DNA of 13,854 nucleotides from Sulfurimonadaceae bacterium (GTDB lineage Bacteria > Campylobacterota > Campylobacteria > Campylobacterales > Sulfurimonadaceae): NCBI GenBank assembly GCA_041571435.1, contig JBFFUI010000049.1, positions 1 through 13,854 of the forward strand, written 5' to 3'. Shown here one piece after another: positions 7,753 through 13,854 of this stretch; position 1 is the first letter of the stretch, and the number at the start of each line of letters is the position of its first letter. A program made the translations under genes and the position numbers. Below the pieces are notes generated by a model. It worked only from the letters and a program-made list of their open reading frames with translations. It was not told the origin of the DNA and did not search any database.

Positions 7753-8933
7753 GAGAACGCATCATCCTCTTTCTAATATTGGGAATTGATGCACTGATAC
7801 TTTTATACGAGGTTTCAACCCTCTCGATCGCCTCACATGAAGCAGAAATCTTCTTCAACGCCAACACATTTGTACACTATTTGACACAGTTTTCTGTTAT
7901 GGTTTTTGGTCAAAATGATTATGCACTTCGCATGCCAATGATCCTTTTCCATCTCTTTTCAGTACTGCTGTTGTACCAGGTGTCAAAACCCTACGTCAAA
8001 CGCGACAGTGACCGTTTGTGGCTTGTTCTTGTCTATATCCTGCTACCGGGTGTGATCAGTGCTGCGCTTTTAGTCAACAGTGCCGGTATCGTCATCTTTA
8101 CCCTTTTTCTACTCCTCTACCTTTATCAGATAAAATCCCGCTTGATCCCTCTGTTTTTGCTCCTGACCCTGGCAATCGATGGGGCATACGCCCTTTTGTA
8201 TTTTGCGATCTTTGTTTATGCCTTTAATAAAAACAACAAATTCTATATGGCATTCAGTGTGCTTCTTCTTATTGGTGCTTATTACCTATACGGTTTTGAC
8301 TCTATGGGCAAGCCAAGCGGCCACTTTTTGGACACACTTGGCCTCTACGCAACGATCTTCTCGCCGGTTGTTTTTCTCTTTCTGATCTACGTGCTTTATC
8401 GAAAGATGATCAGTAAAGAGTATGATATTACTCTCTATGTCGGCGGTGTTGTATTTGTGGTCTCGCTTTTACTGTCTTTTAGGCAACGCATCAATATAGA
8501 GGACTTCGCACCCTATCTGATGTTACTACTGCCTTTAGCGGCACAGACATTCTTCAGTTCATACCGTGTGCGGTTACGTGCTTTTAGAGGACGGTACCGT
8601 GCCATCCTGGGTATCGGATTCACTGTTTTGGCAATCCACTTTTTTCTTCTTCTTTTTAATAAAGGGCTTTATCTCTTTATAGAAGACCCGCATAAACATT
8701 TTGTTTATCATTCGCATATTGTCAAAGAGTTGGCGGCAACGCTTAAAAATGAAAATATCAGTTGCGTATCGGCTGAGAGTGAGAGCTTGCAGATTCGCTT
8801 AAAGTTTTACGGTATCGAAGAATGTTCACAGAGAGTTCTGTATGAAGTGCCTCTTGATATCCAAAGTGATGTTACTATAAGTTACTTGGGACGAATTGTA
8901 GCAGCCTATAATGTTACTAAAATACCCATTTAA
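7749..8933 (+). CDS. Polytopic membrane protein, GT-C / ArnT-PMT (GT39/83)-like
   Basis: 394 aa with many hydrophobic segments. Early loop LSIASHEA followed by FGQNDYALRMPMILF resembles the FG..e.a.Rlp signature of ArnT/PMT_2 proteins. Soluble C-terminal tail. ATGA overlap with the upstream gene. Confidence 0.65.
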   Translation: MRERIILFLILGIDALILLYEVSTLSIASHEAEIFFNANTFVHYLTQFSVMVFGQNDYALRMPMILFHLFSVLLLYQVSKPYVKRDSDRLWLVLVYILLPGVISAALLVNSAGIVIFTLFLLLYLYQIKSRLIPLFLLLTLAIDGAYALLYFAIFVYAFNKNNKFYMAFSVLLLIGAYYLYGFDSMGKPSGHFLDTLGLYATIFSPVVFLFLIYVLYRKMISKEYDITLYVGGVVFVVSLLLSFRQRINIEDFAPYLMLLLPLAAQTFFSSYRVRLRAFRGRYRAILGIGFTVLAIHFFLLLFNKGLYLFIEDPHKHFVYHSHIVKELAATLKNENISCVSAESESLQIRLKFYGIEECSQRVLYEVPLDIQSDVTISYLGRIVAAYNVTKIPI

Positions 8934-8983
8934 ATAATTGAAAAGCGTAGTAATTAGTTTGAAGAGTGTGCATAGTTAAGCCA

Positions 8984-8992
8984 TGCTATAAT
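8984..8992 (+). promoter_or_regulatory. Extended -10 promoter of aclBA
   Basis: TGcTATAAT at 8984-8992. Strong RBS AAGGAG at 9010-9015. Confidence 0.75.
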
Positions 8993-9020
8993 CCGTTCAA
9001 AATATTTTGAAGGAGTTGCA

Positions 9021-10352
9021 ATGGCTCAAAAAGCGATACGCGAATATGACGGTAAAGCACTTTTTTCCAAACAATGGAAAAATTATTTTAGTGGATTTCA
9101 CTATGGATTCAAATCTGTTCTAGTTACTAGTGGAGCAGAACTTTTAGCAAAAGCTGAGGAACACGGCTTCGAATGGTTGAAACAAGAACCACTTGTTGCT
9201 AAGCCGGATATGCTGTTTGGTAAGCGTGGTAAGAACGACCTTGTCCTTTTCAAAGATGCCAAACCGGGTGATGTTTCACTGGAAGTAGCTGCGAAGTGGA
9301 TTGATGAAAAGATCTCGCATACAACAACACTTCTAACGGGTCAGCACGGTACTTTGACGCATTTTATTGTTGAGCCGTTCACACCGCACTCTCAAGAGCA
9401 AGAGTACTATATCTCTGCAACATGTGTTGGTGAAGATGATGTTCTATACATGTCTGCAGAAGGCGGTATGGAAGTTGAAGAAGGCTGGGACGAAAAAGTC
9501 AATGAAGTTGTTATTCCTATCGATATGGACGATGCGGACATGGAACATGCTATTAAAGCAAATATTCCTGCTGATATTCCTGCGACAAATAAAGAAAGCT
9601 TTATTTCATTCGCAATCGCATTTTTCAAATTCTACAGAGATATGAACTTTGCATACCTTGAAATCAACCCGATCGTTATGCTTGATAATAATGAGATGGC
9701 TATTCTTGACCTTGTTGCTCGTCTGGACGATACAGCAGGCTTCTTAATGGCAGAGACTTGGGGTGACATCGAATACCCAACTGCATTTGGTATGGAAGAT
9801 CAATCACCAGAAGAGAAAGCTGTTGCTGTTGCAGATAGCAAATCAGGTGCTTCACTGAAACTTACTATTCTTAATCCATTGGGCCGAGTCTGGACGATGG
9901 TCGCTGGTGGTGGTGCTTCAGTTGTTTATGCTGATACTATTGCTGACTTTGCAGAAGCTAACGGCGGTTCGATCGCTGACCTTGCCAACTATGGTGAGTA
10001 TTCTGGTGGTCCGACAACAAGTGAGACAAAGTTCTATGCGGACACTGTTATTGACCTGATGACAAGACACAAAGATGCTAAAGGCCAAGATAAGATTCTT
10101 ATCATTGGTGGTGCGATTGCTAACTTTACTGATGTTGCAAAAACATTTACAGGTATCATCCAGTCATTTGAAGAAAATGCAGAGAAGATGAAAGAGCACA
10201 ACACAAAGATCTATGTACGTCGTGGTGGACCAAACTACGAAAAAGGTCTAAAAGACATTAAAGAAGCGGCTGACAGACTTGGTCTTTACATCGAAGTCTA
10301 CGGACCGGAAACACACGTAACTGATATCGTACGTATGGCACTAGAGAAGTAG
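9021..10352 (+). CDS. aclB: ATP citrate lyase beta subunit (ATP-grasp and citrate-binding domains)
   Basis: 443 aa. MAQKAIREYDGK, AKPDMLFGKRGK, YLEINP, ARLDDTA, MVAGGGASVVYADT, NYGEYSGGP, IGGAIANFTDVAKTF, VRRGGPNY. Confidence 0.97.
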   Translation: MAQKAIREYDGKALFSKQWKNYFSGFHYGFKSVLVTSGAELLAKAEEHGFEWLKQEPLVAKPDMLFGKRGKNDLVLFKDAKPGDVSLEVAAKWIDEKISHTTTLLTGQHGTLTHFIVEPFTPHSQEQEYYISATCVGEDDVLYMSAEGGMEVEEGWDEKVNEVVIPIDMDDADMEHAIKANIPADIPATNKESFISFAIAFFKFYRDMNFAYLEINPIVMLDNNEMAILDLVARLDDTAGFLMAETWGDIEYPTAFGMEDQSPEEKAVAVADSKSGASLKLTILNPLGRVWTMVAGGGASVVYADTIADFAEANGGSIADLANYGEYSGGPTTSETKFYADTVIDLMTRHKDAKGQDKILIIGGAIANFTDVAKTFTGIIQSFEENAEKMKEHNTKIYVRRGGPNYEKGLKDIKEAADRLGLYIEVYGPETHVTDIVRMALEK

Positions 10353-10361
10353 GGGATAAAG

Positions 10362-12176
10362 ATGACTAAACTATACACTAAAGATACACAAGCGATTTTT
10401 TGGAATAACAATAAAACTGCTAACCAGAGAATGTTAGATTATGACTACACAATCAAAAGAGAGACTCCTTCTGTTGCTGCGATCGTCGCACCGACAAGTG
10501 GTAACAAGTTTGATAAATTCTTCTGGGGTCCAGAAGAGATCATGATCCCGCTCTACAAATGTACAGCAGATGCTAAGAAAGATCATCCAAATGCTGACGT
10601 TCTATTGAACTTTGCTTCATTCAGAACAGCGTATGATGTGACAATGGAAGCTGTTGAACTGGGTGGTTTCAAATCTATCATGGTTACTGCAGAAGGTATC
10701 CCTGAAAGATTGGCAAGAAAAATGAACAACACTGCAAGAAATGCAGGTGTTACAGTTATCGGGCCAGCAACTGTTGGTGCTATCGCTCCGGGTGCATTCA
10801 AGATTGCTAACATCGGCGGTACGATTGAAAACATTGTTAACTCTAAACTTCACCGTGCAGGTTCATGTGGTCTTGTTACACGTTCTGGTGGTCTTTTCAA
10901 TGAGCTTTCAAACATTATCGCTATCAATGCTGACGGTATTGCTGAAGGTGTTGCGATCGGTGGTGACCGTTTTGTTGGTTCAGTATTTATCGATAACATG
11001 CTTCGTATGGAGAAAAACCCTGAAGTTAAGTACATGGTTCTACTTGGTGAAGTCGGTGGTACTGAAGAGTACAAGATCATTGAAGCGATTAAAGCAGGTC
11101 AGATCACTAAGCCGGTTATCGCTTGGTGTATCGGTACGATCGCGAAACACTTCTCGTCAGGTGTTCAGTTCGGTCACGCAGGTGCTTCTGCAAATGCTGA
11201 CGCTGAAACAGCTGCAGCTAAGAATAAAGCGATGGCAGAAGCAGGTATTTATGTACCAGCATCATTCAATGACCTTCCTGCTAAGATCAACGAAGTATAC
11301 GAAAAGCTAAAAGCTGAAGGTACTATCAGTGAGATCGCTGAGCCAGAGATGAACGTTGTACCAAAAGTTAGAAGAAGCAAGCAGTTTATCTGTACGATCT
11401 CTGATGACCGTGGTGACGAAGCGACATATGCTGGTTTCCCAATCTCTTCAGTAGCAACGCCGGATACGGGTAAAGGTATCGGTGATGTTGTTTCACTGCT
11501 TTGGTTTAAAAAACAGTATCCGAAATGGGCAACTGACTTTATTGAGACAGTGATGAAAACAGTAGCTGACCATGGTCCAGCTGTATCTGGTGCGCATAAT
11601 GCTAAAGTAACGGCTCGTGCCGGCAAATCTGTTGTTGAATCACTTGTAACAGGTCTTCTTACTATCGGTCCACGTTTCGGCGGGGCTATCGATGGTGCTG
11701 CTGAACACTTCAAGTATGCAGATGACAACGGTTTGACGCCAGCTGAGTTCTTGAACCATATGAAAAAAGAAGGTATCCCGATCCCAGGTATCGGTCACCG
11801 TATCAAGTCTCTTAAGAACCCAGACCTTCGTGTTACGGGTCTTATGAACTATGCGGCTGAGCACTTCCCTGCGACACCGCTTCTTGACTATGCAAGAACT
11901 GTAGAAGCATTGACAACATCTAAGAAAGAGAACCTAATCCTTAACGTTGACGGTACTATCGGTATCCTTATGGTCGATATGTGGCGTGCACTTGGTTACT
12001 CTGAAGATGAGATCAATGAGTTTATCTCTTCAGGTACACTTAACGCCTTCTTTATCGTTGGACGAAGCATCGGTTTCATCGGTCATATCCTTGATGAAAA
12101 ACGTCTTGCAATGCCAATGTACAGACACCCAATGGATGACATCCTGTACGACGTACAAGAAGCAGAAGAGATATAA
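10362..12176 (+). CDS. aclA: ATP citrate lyase alpha subunit (CoA-binding, phospho-His and citryl-CoA lyase domains)
   Basis: 604 aa. QRMLDYDY, IGPATVG, RSGGLFNE, GVAIGGD, LGEVGG, VQFGHAGA (phospho-His codon at 11175-11177), ADHGPAVSGAHN, IGPRFGGA, GIGHRIKS, LILNVDG. Confidence 0.97.
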   Translation: MTKLYTKDTQAIFWNNNKTANQRMLDYDYTIKRETPSVAAIVAPTSGNKFDKFFWGPEEIMIPLYKCTADAKKDHPNADVLLNFASFRTAYDVTMEAVELGGFKSIMVTAEGIPERLARKMNNTARNAGVTVIGPATVGAIAPGAFKIANIGGTIENIVNSKLHRAGSCGLVTRSGGLFNELSNIIAINADGIAEGVAIGGDRFVGSVFIDNMLRMEKNPEVKYMVLLGEVGGTEEYKIIEAIKAGQITKPVIAWCIGTIAKHFSSGVQFGHAGASANADAETAAAKNKAMAEAGIYVPASFNDLPAKINEVYEKLKAEGTISEIAEPEMNVVPKVRRSKQFICTISDDRGDEATYAGFPISSVATPDTGKGIGDVVSLLWFKKQYPKWATDFIETVMKTVADHGPAVSGAHNAKVTARAGKSVVESLVTGLLTIGPRFGGAIDGAAEHFKYADDNGLTPAEFLNHMKKEGIPIPGIGHRIKSLKNPDLRVTGLMNYAAEHFPATPLLDYARTVEALTTSKKENLILNVDGTIGILMVDMWRALGYSEDEINEFISSGTLNAFFIVGRSIGFIGHILDEKRLAMPMYRHPMDDILYDVQEAEEI

Positions 12177-12190
12177 TCTCTTCTTACTTT

Positions 12191-12222
12191 GTGAAGAGTC
12201 TTTGACTCTTCGTTTCTCTTCT
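12191..12222 (+). terminator. Intrinsic terminator of aclBA
   Basis: Perfect stem GAAGAGTC-TTT-GACTCTTC (12193-12211) followed by a T-rich tract, 16 nt after the aclA stop. Confidence 0.8.
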
Positions 12223-12278
12223 ACTTTATTCTTTTCATTATAATTTCAATCATTCTAATTTTATCTTTTAATATTTTA

Positions 12279-12286
12279 GCTATAAT
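12279..12286 (+). promoter_or_regulatory. Candidate -10 promoter for the first prepilin gene
   Basis: gcTATAAT (hexamer 12281-12286) preceded by periodic T tracts, as is typical of Campylobacterota sigma70 promoters. RBS AAGGTG at 12350-12355. Confidence 0.6.
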
Positions 12287-12360
12287 AGGGCATTACATAT
12301 TAAATAAATATCTGAACACAAGCTGTTTATGCGGCTATTAAGTGTAAAGAAGGTGAATCT

Positions 12361-12897
12361 TTGAAAAAATCAGCATTTACGTTGTTAGAACTTGTTATTG
12401 TTATTGTTGTTGCCGGTATTCTTGCTGCAGTTATGATCCCTCGATTAGAGCGCGATAATCTCAGAGAGGCAGCCAATCAGGTTGTCAGACATATCCAATA
12501 TGCACAGCACCTGGCTATGATGAATGATGTTTATGATGCCGGAAATGCTAACTGGTATCAAAACAGATGGAGTATCAATCTTTGTTCAACTGATTACGCT
12601 GTAGAAAGAGCGAATGGTAGTGAAACTGCTATAGATACAATGACGCAGAGAGATATAAATGGTACCGATAATGATTTAGCAGATCAAGGTGTGGCAATAT
12701 CGCCAACGACAGGAAACTGCAGAATCGTTTTTGATAACCTAGGTAGACCGTATGGCTTTGCAAGTACACCAGTTTTCGTATCTCCTACAGCTGGCCTGAA
12801 TACAGCTGATACAGCCGTACAGCTGACAGCAAATGGTCGCACGGCTACCATAAATATTATTAAACAGACAGGATTTGTACAACTTACTCTCAACTGA
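12361..12897 (+). CDS. Prepilin-type N-terminal cleavage/methylation domain protein (GspH/FimT-like pseudopilin), paralog 1
   Basis: 178 aa, TTG start. Class III signal MKKSA|FTLLELVIVIVVAGILAAV (F1, E5). Late motif VFDNLGRP and C-terminal TGFV. Two Cys. Confidence 0.9.
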   Translation: MKKSAFTLLELVIVIVVAGILAAVMIPRLERDNLREAANQVVRHIQYAQHLAMMNDVYDAGNANWYQNRWSINLCSTDYAVERANGSETAIDTMTQRDINGTDNDLADQGVAISPTTGNCRIVFDNLGRPYGFASTPVFVSPTAGLNTADTAVQLTANGRTATINIIKQTGFVQLTLN

Positions 12898-12906
12898 CTT
12901 CCAACA

Positions 12907-12935
12907 GACAGGCTTCAAGCCTGACCTCCCTACAG
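12907..12935. repeat. REP-like palindrome, or terminator-like hairpin, after pilin 1
   Basis: CAGGCTT-C-AAGCCTG perfect inverted repeat (12909-12923) followed by ACCTCCCTACAG. On the minus strand it reads GTAG-GGAG-GTCAGGCTTGAAGCCTGTC, i.e. a GTAG tetranucleotide plus hairpin. There is no U tract. Confidence 0.5.
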
Positions 12936-12988
12936 CATACAATCAACTCCCTTACATTTGTAATTTCAAGACTCGCCATAGTAGCTTC

Positions 12989-13017
12989 TTGACAATTTTT
13001 CCCATATCGAATATAAT
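12989..13017 (+). promoter_or_regulatory. Perfect consensus sigma70 promoter for the second prepilin gene
   Basis: TTGACA (12989-12994), 17 bp spacer, TATAAT (13012-13017). RBS GAGG at 13036-13039. Confidence 0.8.
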
Positions 13018-13046
13018 AGAACAAAAAAAAATATTGAGGCACAATT

Positions 13047-13676
13047 TTGCGATTTGGCTTTACAGTAATAGAACTTATTATAGTCATTATCATTGCAGGT
13101 GTTCTTGCTGCAGTTGTTCTTCCGCACTTGGAACGGGATAATCTACGTATGGCCGCTAAACAAGTTGTACGTCATATACAATATACACAACATTTGGCCA
13201 TGATGGATGATATGTATGATGCCAGCGACATAACCTGGTCACGTAAATATTGGAAGATTACCTTTAGAACAGCACAGAATTGCTATAGCGTCTATAGTGA
13301 CAGGGACAAAGATTATCTGAATGATGCGGACGAATCGGCTATTGATCCATTAACCAAAGTGCGTCTGTATGCCGATAACAACTGCAATGACAGCAGTTTA
13401 AATAATGATGCACTGTTACTGGAGGAGAGTTATGGTATTGACAGCATAAGCCTGGGTATACCTGCAGGCTTCTCTTCCAATGTGACGGATTGTAATACCA
13501 ATACAAAAAAATATATTGCGTTTGACAACTTGGGCCGGCCGCACACCAGTGTCTCTAATGTTGTATCCGGAATTATGAAAAACCCGTGTCTTATTACATT
13601 GACATCTGGTCTACGCACGGCGACGATCAGAATTGAACCCGAAACAGGATACGTCAAACTCGAAGCATTAAATTGA
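13047..13676 (+). CDS. Prepilin-type N-terminal cleavage/methylation domain protein (GspH/FimT-like pseudopilin), paralog 2
   Basis: 209 aa, TTG start fixed by an in-frame TGA at 13035. Class III signal MRFG|FTVIELIIVIIIAGVLAAV. AFDNLGRP and EPETGYV motifs. Four Cys. Confidence 0.9.
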   Translation: MRFGFTVIELIIVIIIAGVLAAVVLPHLERDNLRMAAKQVVRHIQYTQHLAMMDDMYDASDITWSRKYWKITFRTAQNCYSVYSDRDKDYLNDADESAIDPLTKVRLYADNNCNDSSLNNDALLLEESYGIDSISLGIPAGFSSNVTDCNTNTKKYIAFDNLGRPHTSVSNVVSGIMKNPCLITLTSGLRTATIRIEPETGYVKLEALN

Positions 13677-13758
13677 GATATTACTGTAGGGAAAATCAGC
13701 AGATTAAATCGCCATTTTTACAAATTTCAAGAAATTTGATAATTCGTGGAAAAAGCAC

Positions 13759-13796
13759 TTGACATAGAAGAATGATTTGTCTATAATTCCCGTCCA
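13759..13796 (+). promoter_or_regulatory. Strong sigma70 promoter with GC-rich discriminator; probable stable-RNA (rRNA/tRNA) operon promoter
   Basis: TTGACA (13759-13764), 17 bp spacer, TATAAT (13782-13787), then TCCCGTCC. A-tract just upstream of the -35. The downstream sequence is structured, and the RNA gene itself is not in the window. Confidence 0.75.
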
Positions 13797-13854
13797 CAAA
13801 CGATGAGTCGCTTGAAAGAGAGACACAGAGACTACGTGTTGTAGCTCGGAATAG

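Noticed and set aside
10741..11728. 189-aa plus-strand alternative-frame ORF and 159-aa minus-strand ORF inside aclA
   Set aside because: By-products of strong codon bias in aclA; low-complexity Leu/Val/Ser translations.
12875..13141. 88-aa ORF bridging the two pilin genes (and 12890-13093 on the minus strand)
   Set aside because: Overlaps both real genes out of frame and spans the hairpin and promoter. Slippage at the A9 tract could not fuse it to pilin 2 because of the in-frame TGA at 13035.
12361..13676. Diversity-generating retroelement or silent-cassette (pilS-like) explanation for the pilin pair
   Set aside because: No reverse transcriptase and no near-identical template/variable repeat with adenine-specific mismatches. 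Both genes are complete, each with its own promoter and signal peptide.
13795..13854. tRNA or mature rRNA at the window end
   Set aside because: No cloverleaf, no T-loop GTTC motif and no 16S 5' sequence (AGAGTTTGATC) is present; only leader-like hairpins.
1..13854. CRISPR array, IS element, prophage or defence genes
   Set aside because: No regularly spaced repeats, and no transposase, integrase or phage-like ORFs were recognised.

Overview
Core-genome region of a chemolithoautotrophic Campylobacterota, most like Sulfurimonadaceae (inferred from gene content and TGnTATAAT promoters). Gene order: 3' end of an M23/Csd1-like peptidase overlapping a bactofilin (ccmA); coupled glnD-glmS on the minus strand; divergent mqnE; a small secreted basic protein; a truncated, motif-degenerate GT2; a trpG/pabA-type amidotransferase coupled to a GT-C-like membrane protein; aclB-aclA (ATP citrate lyase, reverse TCA cycle); two paralogous prepilin (GspH/FimT-like) genes; and a consensus sigma70 promoter with a structured leader at the window end, probably an rRNA or tRNA operon. 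The most unusual part is 12900-13790. There the second pilin gene and its own perfect TTGACA-17-TATAAT promoter lie between imperfect inverted repeats with GTAG-REP-like features, and that promoter shares an upstream 10-mer with the putative rrn promoter. No transposase, integrase, reverse transcriptase, CRISPR array or complete RNA gene was recognised. No clearly new multi-gene system can be established from the sequence alone.
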